Source of the DNA: Plasmodiophora brassicae
Taxonomy: Eukaryota
Direction of reading: 5' to 3'
NCBI GenBank assembly: GCA_036867785.1
Contig: CP145413.1
Coordinates: forward strand, 248,001-312,000
Length of the DNA stretch: 64,000 bases
The notes below the pieces were generated by a model. It did no database searches. It saw nothing but the letters and a program-made list of their open reading frames with translations, and was not told where the DNA came from. This document shows, piece after piece, positions 25,878 through 38,295 of this stretch. How positions within the stretch are numbered: position 1 is the stretch's first letter; every line of letters starts with the position of its first letter. A program made the translations under genes and the position numbers.

Positions 25878-28153
25878 TTAGCTATTGGCAAGATAGCGCA
25901 GGAGCATGTTCTTGGTGGACGAGTTGAAGCTGGGGTGGATGTTCGCCGATTTCGAGCGGCGGCTGTCTTTCAGCTGATCGCGAACTTTGCTGCCCAGCTG
26001 TTTGCCGAGTTCTACGCCCCACTGGTCGAAGCTGTTGACGTCCCAGATGAAGCCCTGGACGGCGGTGCGGTGCTCGTAGATGGCTAGCAGTTGCCCGGTC
26101 GTGTACGCCGTCAGTTCAGGAAGGAGCAGACTAATCAGATGCGGTCACGCTACGACTGATACACGTGCACAGCATAGGTCGAATACCTTGATGATGGGCG
26201 GTTGCCAGGGAAGTATTTGTGAGGCATTAACGCAACAGGAACGTTTTCTTGCTGCAGACCACGACTCAACAGATAGAAGATGGAATGAATAACCAAATCG
26301 TACCTGCAGCTGCTCGTCCTGTTTTCCAATAGCCAGGGCGTCAGGCTGGCTGAAGAACGCAGCCATGAGCTCATCATGGTTCGGCACAGCGTCCCCAGGT
26401 AGGTCGACCGGGTGCTGAGAGCGGACGAACCCAATGAAGTCTGCCGGGATGACCTGCCCCTGGTGGAGAAGTTGATAGAATGAATGCTGGCCGTTTGTTC
26501 CCTGATAACGGTATGAACGCAGGTCTGGTACGCGGAAGGACCGCAAACCTACAGGTTCTCCGAAATCCACCTCGCCGGTCGCGAACGATAAGACAGAACC
26601 ATCGACAGTCACACGCTTACCATTGCTTTCCATGTCAACTTGCTGGATATGGGCAACGAATCGGCATAGGGCCTCACTGCGATTCGGTTAAACATCAAAC
26701 AATGAAGTGGAGAACCTGTCCGAGGAGAATCACCTATATGGCAAAAGCGCTCGAACAGGATACTTCAAGAAGCTCGAATTCCAGATGCCAAGTAGACCTG
26801 TTCGCCACACTCAGTGGACTGGCAAATGGAATATGCAGTCTCTTCACCTAGAATAATGGGAATGTTACGCTGAGCAGGCGCTTTCAGGAAATGTTGATCG
26901 ACGCTCCTAGCGCCATCAAGGAATGACTGCACGATATCGAAACCGTAGTGCAGGGACAGAGGAAGTAGCCCAACAGCACTGGTCACGGAATAACGTCCGC
27001 CAACCCAGTCCCAGAATGCAAATACATTGTCTTGCTGGATGCCAAACTCCCGACAGGCTTCAGTAACGCGTCAGTGCAGTTGAAGGGCCATATGACCACG
27101 TGCGTACCCTTGATGTTGGTGCTGACGGCAACGATGTGCTTGGCAATAGCGGCCTCCCCCAGCGCCTTTCCCAATATAACATTAGAGCCACGAGTAGTAA
27201 AGGAACCTGTACGTACGCACGTCGACAATCCATTTCCGAAGGGTGCGAGCGTTCAGCATCGTTTCAACAGTGGTGAACGTCTTTGAAATGATAATGACCA
27301 TAGTTGTTGCAGGGTTGAGACCCTCAGTGGCGCGAGCGACGGCTACAGGATCAACGTTTGCCAAAACTGGATACACAGCGATATCAGTCATGTTTCAATC
27401 CCATGCAGCGCGTTTGCTAAACATTACATACAGCGCAGACGGCGGCCTTTCGCGGCTTGCTTCGCAACGCGTTCGTGACGAAGAGCTTCGTATACAAATT
27501 CGGCACCAAGGTACGATCCACCAATGCCAACAGATATGACATCGGTAATCGCCTTGCCCGTGTGCCCCAGAGCAGCGGACGAGCGGACCTAGACGGATGT
27601 GTGTCTTAATTATCCCACCAGTGTCTCGATGCGTCACTCGGATACCTTGTGCGAAAATTCCTTGATCTGGTTGCGAACGGCGATTACCTCCGGCACGACG
27701 TTCTTTCCATCGTTCGCATAGAAATCGCACGGCGCCGCACGAAGAGCTATGTGGAGCACTGGACCAAGAAAATTGACCATCAATGCCTCGAGACTTGCCA
27801 CCACAAGGTACCTGCTCGATCCTCCGTCTTGTTGATATGCTTTCCTTCCGCCATTGCCTGGATCTTCCCGGCAAGATCTTGCTGAGTAGCAAGTTCTAGA
27901 CGTCCAGGTATGAACCTAACAGAATTGCCCATGGAACCATTCGCGAGGCCGAACCGTGCAGCAGCAGCATGGTCTTGGGGGTGACGCGCTGGCGAGAGTA
28001 ATCCAGCAAGATATCCTCAAACTCGACCGCCAAGTGGTCATTGCGCGCCTCGGACTGCAGCAGGTCCTTCAGATGCGTCCCCTGGATCTCGCTGGCAGCA
28101 TGGTCCTCCAGCGCCTTCCAGCCCGGCGTCCCGCTCACCCCCGGGGCCTTCAT
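25878..28153 (-). CDS. GPI: Glucose-6-phosphate isomerase
   Basis: [62 protein letters not shown] and [12 protein letters not shown]. Many short introns. Confidence 0.95.
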
Positions 28154-28368
28154 AGCGCACAGCCTCGATCACCAACCAGACCACAAAAATATTCGCCGCC
28201 GTCGATCCGGTTGATGATGGCAGAGACCTCCGAGTCAGACCTCGCACCGTCGCCGGCGACGGCACCAGGCACGGGAACCGTCCAGAATATTTTAGGATAT
28301 GAATCCAGGTCGATCTTTCCAGTAGCTACAGGCCGAATACAGGCCCGATGGCGGGGCCGCTGTACCTA

Positions 28369-29459
28369 ATGGAGGTCCGAAGTGCTTCTGGCACTGGCGG
28401 GGGTTCTCGCAGAGGACGCGCTGAGGAACGTTGATTCGGCAGGTGGTCTGTATGCCCGTTGCATACGGGGACGACCCCTACGCGGGCCTTCGTTGCTGGA
28501 GTGAATCGGACGCGGCGTTCGTCGCGCATCTGGAGGTGCAGGGCAGTGTGTTCGCTGTAGTGCACGATGCCGACAACGCGGTTATCAGTGTTGAACTCGC
28601 CGACCTGTGCGACATGCGTACCACGATAAATCGTCCATACACGATGGATGAGGAGATCGGCCTGGCGACTGCATCCGCCATCGTCAGGCACGCCCTGCAA
28701 CGTCGACTGAGCACGTCAGCTCAGGTGACACTGCCCAAGAACGACGACGAACACGCCAAACTCGTCGCGCATGTGACCCCAGCGACTTCGTTGAAGGCCA
28801 GCGACCTGCGTGACGCTCTCGATGTGGTCGCGCCGACATACATCCCCGAACCGAGTCTCGTGCGTCGCCCGTTCTACTTCCTGCGGCACGGCCAGACCGA
28901 TTACAACGAGGAGGGCCGCCTACAGGGGCACATCGAGTCCAAGTTGACGGATCTGGGCATCGCACAAGCGAAGCAGGCCGCTACACGCCTGGTTGAACTT
29001 GCTCCCGGGTTAGTCTGGCTGGCGTCGAGCACGTTGAAACGCGCCTGGCGTACGGCGGAGATCGTGCACGACGCGTACCGGTTCCGGTCGGTGACGTTCG
29101 AGGACGGGCTGCGGGAGCAGAAGCTCGGGCGTCTCGAGGGGCGCCTTCGCAGCGAGATCAGCAAACAGGACTACGATATCCTGAAAGGGTTCACGACAGC
29201 AACGCAGCAGCATGTGGAAGACGCCGGGTCGGCGGAATCGTTCCCCCGGTTCCGGAACCGGATCCGGTACACGCTGAACAAGATCCTGGAGGCTGGACGC
29301 GGCCAGCCCGGCCTGGTCGTATCGCACGGCGGTGTCTTCCGCACCCTGCTTCGCCTCGCCAACCAGGACCGAATCGTCGAGTCGGACAACTGCGCCATCT
29401 GGCGATTCGACCCACCGTCTGACCCTGCAATGCCATGGACCGTCCAGCGGGTGCCCTAA
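28369..29459 (+). CDS. Histidine phosphatase (phosphoglycerate-mutase family) with N-terminal extension
   Basis: FYFLRHGQTDYN..LQG, SSTLKRAWRTA, LREQKLGRLEG and LVVSHGGV. Likely micro-exon ATGGAG at 28369 spliced to 28443. Confidence 0.85.
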
Positions 29460-29780
29460 GAAATATAATGACGAATGCCCGCTGCGAAGTGCTGAGACTC
29501 GACCACATCCTGTGCTGTACGAAGAGGTGCCGGTCGTCGAGTTGCTCATGTCTGTCCCGGGGGTGTTCGCTAACTTTGGGAAACGCCTGTCGAAGACCCC
29601 GTTTGCGCTGGGCCCGTCGTTAACCGATGTCCTGGCGTCCTTACGGCTGGGCGCTAGTCTGGAGTCGACGTCGATCCGTGCAATGCCTTTCCACAAGACG
29701 CAACAGGGCCGCGTGTGTTCCGTACAGGGCCAGATGGTTGAACAGCAGTGGCTGAGAGCGTCCAGGGTTGTTGTTGGCGC

Positions 29781-30278
29781 GCACTGATCGCCTTTGGAAA
29801 TCCACGGATGGAGCAATCTTGATCCCGATCCATGTTGACTGCCGAAGTCTACGCTTGCGCATCCTCATCATTGGACACAGTGGAAGTGCAGGTCATCGTG
29901 CTTCGGAAGTGACGAAACAGACTATTATGTCACGTTGCTGAGGCGTTATCTCAGTTGGTACCGCCGACGCCGAAACGGACGCGCACCAAAGGTACCGGAT
30001 CCAGACGGGAGCATCGACGCAGCAACTTGGTATGATGGCAATGAACGCCATTAATGCATGATTTTGCGTTGCATATGTGACTTCAGTATAAGTCGCTCTT
30101 CCTAGCGTCGGTACATTACGTGGACGTGACATAATAGTCTGTTTCGTCACTTCCGAAGCACGATGACCTGCACTTCCACTGTGTCCAATGATGAGGATGC
30201 GCAAGCGTAGACTTCGGCAGTCAACATGGATCGGGATCAAGATTGCTCCATCCGTGGATTTCCAAAGGCGATCAGTGC
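29781..30278. repeat. Perfect 155-bp inverted repeat (29781-29935 / 30124-30278) with 188-bp spacer
   Basis: The arms are reverse complements when read directly. The ORF track shows the same peptide (RMRKRRLRQSTWIGIKIAPSVDFQRRSV) on both strands. Confidence 0.92.
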
Positions 30279-30360
30279 CATCGAAGAATATACCGTCCTC
30301 GATCTTCTCCTCTCGAGTCAGTAGCCTCTGCGCATCTTGCGGTTTGTACTGGACATGCAC
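30124..30360 (-). mobile_element. Ty3/gypsy-like LTR-retrotransposon integrase remnant (Zn-binding region)
   Basis: GAILIP..SLRLRILIIGHSGSAGHRASEVTKQTI resembles the His-His half of the integrase H2C2 domain. It is truncated before the CxxC. Confidence 0.6.
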
Positions 30361-30554
30361 ATATCGTGGAATTGTTGCTGAACACCCCTATGATTGGCGT
30401 TAGTGCAAGCGATGGGTAGCCTGCAATATGGGCAGCTGGCTGAGTCTACCAGACACATGGCCACTGTCGCGGCATCTGGCGTTATAGTCAGTGAATGCCT
30501 TTGTGCACAGATTAGGGCATGTGGCCCACACTACTACGTCAGCACTTACTTAGT

Positions 30555-31072
30555 TTATTCAATGACAGGCCCGGATCCGGATGCTGTATGTTCCCAAAGA
30601 GAGTGCGATGGCACGTTGTGGTCCGGTGATTTCAGAATGTCCAGGATAAGCTGGGGAGGGTCCAGACCGAAGTCTTTCGCCCGCTGCCAGCGCTGTTGCC
30701 GTGTCAACCCGATACACGGGCCGTACTTCGGGTCCATATCGAACTGCCTTAGCGCGATCTCGGCGTCACTGGCGGACTCCCACCCATGCTGGACGGCGCG
30801 ATCTGTCACCTCGGGTCACAGCACGGTCGACGATACACAATCGCACAACCAGTACCTGGCACTGGAACCTGCAGTGGCGGCGCCTGGACCACGTCGCGCT
30901 GCACGCGCTGCTTCGTGGCCCGTCGCCCGCTGCGCACCTTACGCTGCCTGCCTGCATTGTCCAACGTGGACATGATCAGCAAGCTTCGCCCAGTGTGACT
31001 GGATCCCGCACTGCGCAAGTCGAGGGGCTCCGACGGGCAGCGTTCAGATCCGCTCCGGCTGAGTGTCCTCAT
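30555..31072 (-). CDS. POLD4: DNA polymerase delta subunit 4
   Basis: Signature LRQFDMDPKYGPCIGLTRQQRWQRAKDFGLDPP. The start is uncertain (31072 or about 30973) and one intron is needed. Confidence 0.85.
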
Positions 31073-31261
31073 TTGTCGGACCTGCGGTTGGCCCTACTAA
31101 ACTGATCAGCGTCTCCCGCCTGACCTGAGACACCGGTGTTGTTGCTCAACGCAGGTTTGCAGAGGCGGTGCCGGATAAATCGGACCGTCCATCCGCCTTC
31201 CAGGACGTTGGCGACGCGCTACTGTAACCTCGTCATTCGTATGGAGACACAGTCGGCGATT

Positions 31262-32072
31262 TCAAACGTTCATTGAGGGCCACAATGCGGAATCCGTAGG
31301 CGAGGCGTCGAGAAGAACGAGGCCGATGTAGACGGACGATCCGACGAAGAACAGGCCCACTAGCGCCCACAGTAGTCCCCATGCTTTGGCCCTGTAACAA
31401 TCCAAATGTCCGATGAGCGATTGCATTGAACGAGGTAGCCACGAGACAAACGAACGGGAGGCACGGGTACAACGATGAGCATGTGGACGCATCCGACTGT
31501 GCCACCGTGCGTCGAATCGTATCGTCGTAGATGTCGTAGATCGAGAACACACAGAGGAACACGCCAAGGAACAGGTTCAGAAGTGGGACGATCCGCAGGA
31601 TATGGAGAAACGCCAAGGCAAGCGATCCTCCTAGGATCACGATGAATAGCAGGCTGAGGAAGCGCATGATCCCGTTGCGGGCCTTGGCCAGTGCAACGAG
31701 AAGCCCGACCAAGAACAGGCAGGATGCAACGTACGACGCAGTCAGATTTGTGCAACTGAGGACAGCGGCGGCTCCCCAGAAGGCGCCGCCAATGTACCCG
31801 GCCGGGGTAATCAGGCTACGCCACCCACCTCGGTACTTGGTGACACCACCTTCGTCCAACCCGATCTCCATACCGCTGACCTTGCCGCAGGTCATCCAGC
31901 AGGCGATCGCATGGCACATTTCGTGAACGAGGACCGCCAGCAGTTTAAACGGGCGCATGATCGTGAACCGCCATAGGACCAGATCGACTACAGAAAACGC
32001 GGCAATTCCGCCCAGGAACAGCCATTGCGATTCCTGGCAACAGCCAGTCAGGGCCCAGTTTGGAGATCCCAT
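31262..32072 (-). CDS. Peptidase M50B-like membrane metalloprotease
   Basis: PFKLLAVLVHEMCHA (HExxH), EGGVT..GG...PAGYIG and IYDIYDD..SDAS. Several TM segments. One intron near the 3' end. Confidence 0.85.
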
Positions 32073-32870
32073 GCCAGTAACGGCAAAGTGTGTGTGTGTG
32101 AGGGTGGGGGAGGGCGGGTTCGGTCCCGTTCCGGACCAAGGTGGAGGGTGACTCACGCCTATTCTGAATGGGACAGGACGACCAGAGATATCGATTGGGA
32201 CTGGAACCGCCACATTGTAGCGAGCTGACGAGCCAGTCATAGGCGATGCGGCCCGTTGTCATCGTTACATCCAGCCACGATTATGCAGAAACTGTTTAAA
32301 ATGCAACTGGACGAACGACTCTAACGCAACATGTATACGGTAGTCTAAACGAAGTGGCCATGAGTACATATCCCAATCCGGGCGATGGGCGCCTTCATCT
32401 CAGAACCACGATGTTCCGTCGGGCGACTAAGAAAGACGGATAATGAAGTCCTGAAAATCGTGTTATGGACCTGATAATGCGCATTCTGATCTAGAACTGT
32501 CTGTCAGGTTTGCCTAGAACCATCAATACAGAGATTATCAAGGCAAGTTCTACGCCAGAGTGCCCATCATGAAACACGATTTCTAGGGCCTTGTTTGCCG
32601 CGTCCTTTGGTCATCCGATAGGAGAAGGCGCCCAGTAGAAATTCAACGCGGTGCGATGGTACTAACCTCGACCTCGATGCGCTTCACGCAGCTACATACT
32701 CAGTAGCCTCCGCTAGTTAGTATTTTGAGGCGCGAATGCATTTCAACTTCGATGTTGCGAAGAGAGCGCTTGACGGTTATGTGCCCAGTCCACACCTGTA
32801 GGTGTACGTATGTCTTGGGCTGGATTCAAAGTTCACATGACGACAGCTGCATCACGCAGTCCGTGGCAGC

Positions 32871-34091
32871 ATGGAGCGCGTCTGCTGCGTCTGCTGTGGC
32901 ACTGAACCGCCGTATGTCTGCCCACGATGTGACCAGCCGTACTGCTCGGTCAAGTGTTACAAGGCGCACGGGACGACGTGTACGGAATCGTTCTTCAAGG
33001 AGCAGGTTGTTCAGGAGATGTCCATCTCCAAGCCACGTCATACGGTGGAGTTGCGAGAGGCACTGCAGCGGAATCAAGACGCATTGGAGGAGGATCAAGA
33101 CCTTGCGGACTGGGAGCAGAACTGTGAACGACTGGAGCAGCTGGCTTTGACGGGAGAGCTTGATCAAACGCACCTTACCGATGACCAGGAACGACAGTTC
33201 CAGCAATGTAAGACGTTTGTGAAAGTGTTTTTTTAGTCAACGCTTACCGTCCATTTGTGTTTCAGACATTGAGAGAGTCGCACGTGGCGAAGTGGAACTG
33301 TCACTATGGAGGCCCTGGTGGATCTCAGAACACGCAGCGGATCCCTGGGTTATCCTGGAGGATTTCTCGCAATGGTCTAAACTGTCTACTCGACGAGGTA
33401 TCCACACTACCGTCCGTTCTGGAAATGAACTTACCATGGTTACGCTGTAGTTGTTTTCGATGCCACCGAGCAACAGGGCGCATCTGAACCCGTGCTGTCC
33501 GTTCCATCGTTCTCGTCTGTGGCTCGGCCAGGTGTCAGTGCATCCGCGTTCCGATTTGACATGTGCGACATCATTCTGGCTGTAGCCTTCGCCCTTCGCC
33601 ATTTCGACGGCGACCTGTCCTGCGATCCAGCTGCGTCTCTGCAGATGATCGTCTCTTTGTCTTCGTTGCTCTCTGAGCAGACATCGCGTCACTATACAGT
33701 CTCCGAGATCGTGTCACGGTTCATGGAAAGGGCTGTACAGGTGTCTGTCGTCCCTGTCTGTCTGGTTGCCGTCTACGACGCGCTTGCAATCGTTAACGTT
33801 CGCATGTGCGTCCGACTGATGGGTGAATTTCTGGGTCTGTTCCCGATTCTACCGCCAGACAAATCGCGTCGCGTATCGTCGGAACGAGAACGTATTCGCC
33901 GCAAGGCGATCTTTTTCGCCGCTGCCGTGCAGGACATGTCCACAAGTGACCTCGATGACGTTAGCGCCGCTCTTGAGGAGCAGTGGCGGTCTCGCTGTCA
34001 GGACGTTATGGACAACGTCACCGTCGACGACGAAAGGAGACGTGTTGTCACTTCGCAAATGTCGCCGTTCAACATATCATCGCAACAATAG
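32871..34091 (+). CDS. Zinc finger HIT-domain protein (ZNHIT2-like)
   Basis: CCVC..YVCPRCDQPYCSVKCYKAH..CTESFFKEQV, plus downstream ILAVAFALRHFDGD. One intron at about 33208-33265. Confidence 0.8.
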
Positions 34092-34264
34092 CACCTAAAC
34101 ATCATGATTTAAGCGTCACCCCTTCTTCACGTTTGGGTTGGGTCCTGATTTTGGTGGATCCAACAACTGTGGTGTATCAAGGCAATGCGATGATCGGTCT
34201 CCAACGCCGATTAGTTTCATCACTATATGTATCGTGGACAATATCAAGGTTCGGGCAATCAGCC

Positions 34265-34613
34265 CTATAACGACGACTTAGCCTGCCAGGCCTGCAAGAG
34301 GGCGTGTAAGTTCACTGGTGACGAAGACACGCGTGCCATACAGCATAATTAGGTTCGTAGATGAACGACGACGAGTCAAAGAACATGATATCGATCAAGA
34401 GCACCATGAAAATGAAGATTGCAATCGTCGACCACCCGATCCAGAACGACATGTCCCTGCACAACAACCCACGGGCTGTATAACTCCTCACGTTCCACCG
34501 ACGAACCGACCATCGTACGAGATTCGCGCCGATATGGCCAGTACGGCAACGCCGATCAGCAGCAGCAGGAGCAGTCGACGGCGATAATTGAACCACGACG
34601 CCATCGTTGCCAT
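34265..34613 (-). CDS. Small (~87 aa) three-exon membrane protein
   Basis: GT-AG introns 34457-34491 and 34292-34341 join MATMASWFNYRRRLLLLLLIGVAVLAISA... to DMSFWIGWSTIAIFIFMVLLIDIMFFDSSSFIYEPNYA-AWQAKSSL in frame. Confidence 0.55.
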
Positions 34614-34788
34614 CGGGGCCCACGACAAATAATCGCAACTTTGCCGTGCACAAACGAACTCCGTCCCCTCCACCCAGTCCGCGTCTCGCCCCGGCAATCT
34701 TTGGTCGTTCCGACCAGCGCGAAGGTACTGACGGCCAGCATTAAGGGCGCTGAGCAAGGCTCGGATAATTGCTAACGAGCTGTTCATT

Positions 34789-35964
34789 CTATTTGCGTGA
34801 AGTCCTACGACGAGCGTCGACAAGGTCCCGTAGTCTACGAATCTCACTCTGTGGAAGAGACGCACTGCTGCCAGCATCAGTGGGCGGTAATGCTGCAGGG
34901 GCAGGAGGATCTTGTTCATCGTCGGAGTCATAGTTGCTTACTAGGCGGCGACACGAGGACGGGTCATGGACAACGCCGGTCTTCTTGAGGTATTCATAGT
35001 AGGGGTTGAGGTTATCGTCTGCCAGGAGGAACCGAAACTTGGGATTGTGATCCTGGGGCACCGATATCAGAATCATGCGGCGCTTCAGGGCATACAGCAA
35101 GGACCTGCCGGATTTTCAGCAAGACTTCAGCCTGCGGTACATTGGTCCTCGCGAACTTCGCAGTCTTCTCAATGAGGGAATGAACCTCGAGGCTTTCGGG
35201 CTGGCCATCGATAATGAATACGTAGGATGCCTACAGTGCCGCGATACGTACAAGTGTCGTGATATGACTCGGGACGATGAACGACGGGCGAAAGCGTTCC
35301 GAGTTGGTCGCTGGATGTTCCTCCCTGATGCACACGTGTTGCACAGGCGGTCTGCACTGTGCAAGTGTACGTTCTGACACAGTCTGCCTCCGCTTGAATG
35401 CTCGCATCGCATCATCGAAACCTTGGTTGACTTCTTGCCTAGCACCTGCAACGTAGGTTCAGAATCGAGGCAGCGGGTTACCAACCCAGGGTCTGCACAC
35501 GTTTGTGGATAAGCAAGTCGATGTATCTTTCGGTTTGCAGTTGATCGATGTCCGCCTCTGTCATGACAATATCCCCAGGACCGTCCTGCACATAGATGCT
35601 TTCCTCTTCGGAATCGGCAGGAACCCTCGGCCGGTCAGCTTTGAAACGGTCAGTGGCGACCAGGACGGACGTATCCAGTAGATGTCTGGCATCATATCTA
35701 TCCGCCAGCTCCTCGTCATTGCCTGCTTGACGTTCAGTGTTTGCCGACCGTGTAACGATAACGCAGGCGACCTGAAACCGGTAACAAATACCGTTCGCTC
35801 ATCACCAGCTTGAACGAATCAGCGTCATCCGTCGGGGGCACCAATCGCACCGGCCGGCCGACGACACAGAACCCATCACGAACCTGCTCGTCAGCGACCA
35901 CGACGTCAACGTCGTCGTCGCTGGCATGGCCTTCTGCACCAACTCGCCGGATGCCGCTGGCCAT
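34789..35964 (-). CDS. SWAP-like splicing factor (DRY_EERY + SURP domains)
   Basis: DRYDARHLLD and LQTERY motifs near the N-terminus. SURP-like NPKFRFL..NLNPYYEYLK in the last exon. Exon structure is approximate. Confidence 0.65.
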
Positions 35965-37708
35965 CAGACGCCATGCGCCACGCAGTGCTCAACAGCGACA
36001 GTCTGGGCATCCGAAATGGAGCGCACGCGACCGGCCGGCTTACTGCTGTCAACAGAAGGTCCCGATGATGTGTACAGTTCCGCTTTTGGCTGGACTTTAC
36101 TTTCGACGTACAGTCTTAGCCTCTCGGCTACCCGTTCCAGCTCGCGATTCGTTTGAGCCGACTTGGATCGCTGTCGGTGCCGAGCAGATTCCACATACGA
36201 AGACGTCACGTCGCTAAACGATATGGCGGTTATCGAGCGTAGCGTCTGTTTGTCGGATTCGAAGTCGTCGTTGCACGACACGGAATCGTCGCAGGTGGGC
36301 CAGGGTTCCAAACACGTAACCACCTGGGCATTGACGGTATCCCGTCGGATCAGCAACGCTCTCTCGATGGCGACGTCCGCTAACGTGTCCGTCAACAGGT
36401 CTTTGAAATAACTGAACACCATGCTATGTTGTCCTGGCCATTTGACAGGTTACCCATCAATTTGGCAGCAACATCGTGGTAAGCATACCAGCTATCCAGT
36501 CCCCATGAGGGATCGCTCTCCTGAGGGGGGCACTCTCAGGACGAACAGCGACTTCGTACAATGCCAAGCAGAGTAAGGTGGGCCTAGACATGGCGTTCGA
36601 CATGAAGCGCATGGCAGAGAGCATCAAGCCCAGCCAGGTATCGACAGGGTGGATTTCGATGCCGATCGTAACGTGCAGCGATATCGTGTCAGTTGTCCCG
36701 GTGCTGGCCTCGTGAACGACACCTGCCGGAATGTACAGCACGTCACCAGGTGACAGAGTCAGGTCCAGAGCGCGTTCCTTCGTCAAACTGGACGAAGATG
36801 GCTTCACAATCATCTCCGGAAATGGTAGACGGACGCTGGGGAAGTCGGGGTACAAACGCCAATGTTTCATGCCTTCAAGCTGGATCACGATCACTAACGA
36901 AAATCGACAATTTAGCTATCAGTCGGACCCCATCAGACTGTCATACGACCTTCCATCCAATCCTGGTGTGCCTCGAACCCTTGGGCCAGCTTTGGCGTCA
37001 GGTACAGGTTGGCGTTTATCGGGAACAACGCGATCGTACGGCCCACGAGTTCACAAATAGACGCGATGGGGCGCCATCGTCGATGAGCCCGGTTCACAAT
37101 CAGCGTAAATCCTGACCATAAGACCATACGTTAACGCAATTCAAATGAGGATGCGTATGCTGAGACGAAAACCGACCGCCCAACGAGAATGCCTTGTAGA
37201 TGGATGTGAAATCGGGTACAGGAATCGGAAGCATTGTTGACCAGTACTCGCCGTCTTTCAGTCGCGTACGACGGCTCATCAGGAAATCCACGCCGCTGAC
37301 CATGTCGGTATCCACGCCGGCCAGCACATCGCTGCCAGATTCATCACCTGCGTGGCAGATTGCTCCTGATGAAACATCTTCAGGCCTCAGCGCCACACTG
37401 ACGTTGAGGAACGCCTCCATTTCCGATGTCTGAAGCAAGGTCGTTTCCCAATGGGATCCATCAGATCTCTACGGGACACGCGTTTAGACTTAGGTGGGGC
37501 GCACCGGTAGAGAACGCGGAATACACACTTTGACGTACACAGACGACTGGAAACTTGAACCGACAACATCATCGTCAAGCAAGCGGAAACGTCGACCGTC
37601 GGCCGGGACAGGATCAAGCAGATAGCACTGGGCCGTCTGGCACGTGTAGGGCGACAGTGATGCCACGGAGACGCAGCTGGACAACAACAGGACGCCTGCA
37701 AGGGCCAT
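35964..37708 (-). CDS. JmjC/cupin-4 2-oxoglutarate oxygenase (NO66/MINA53/RoxA-like) with N-terminal signal-peptide-like sequence
   Basis: NANLYLTP..QGFEAHQD, VIQLEGMKHWRLY, LSPGDVLYIPAGVVHEA and SLHVTIG give an HxD..H triad. N-terminus is MALAGVLLLSSCVSVAS. Confidence 0.78.
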
Positions 37709-38295
37709 CCGCGAACGCAGGCTCGGCGTCGACGTTCGCCTCGCGCACATGACCTGCCGAGTGGCCGGCGCGATGACCGCCCGTCGCCCGAGTTGTGAGG
37801 TGCACGCAACACGTCCGGGACCCGAGCCGTGTCTGGAATTTGGATTCTGGAAGCATTATTTTGTTGCCCCAGTGGGTACGTCGGTCCAGGTGTGACGCCG
37901 CCCACGGCACCCGCCTACTGCGCCCAGTCCCTGACCGCGTAGCCCGCGCCGCGTCGCGTCGTGGAGAAAGGGCCAGAACGAGCACGCACCTCAAGTGGAG
38001 TCAATAGGGGCCCGAGGCAGGCGCCCCAGTCTAGACAAGGTCCGGGCGAAAGGGTCGTCAGGCCAGGAGGCCAGAGCCGCAGACGGTCATTCCAGATCGT
38101 GGCTGTCCAGCATTGACATCACGTTTCGTGTTCGGTTTGAATACACAGGCCACCCCAAGTCAGTCACCCAGGGTTCGGTCATCACACAGGCCGAGGAGAC
38201 CCATTTGCAGTCCCGACTGGTGACGTTGTGTCGCGGAGTCAGGAACGTGGTCGGGGCCCGGCGCCTGTCGGGGGTGGTCGACGTGCGGGGCGCTG

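Noticed and set aside
32280-32870. AT-richer intergenic stretch as a possible snoRNA or ncRNA
   Set aside because: CTGA boxes are present, but there is no convincing C box or terminal stem.
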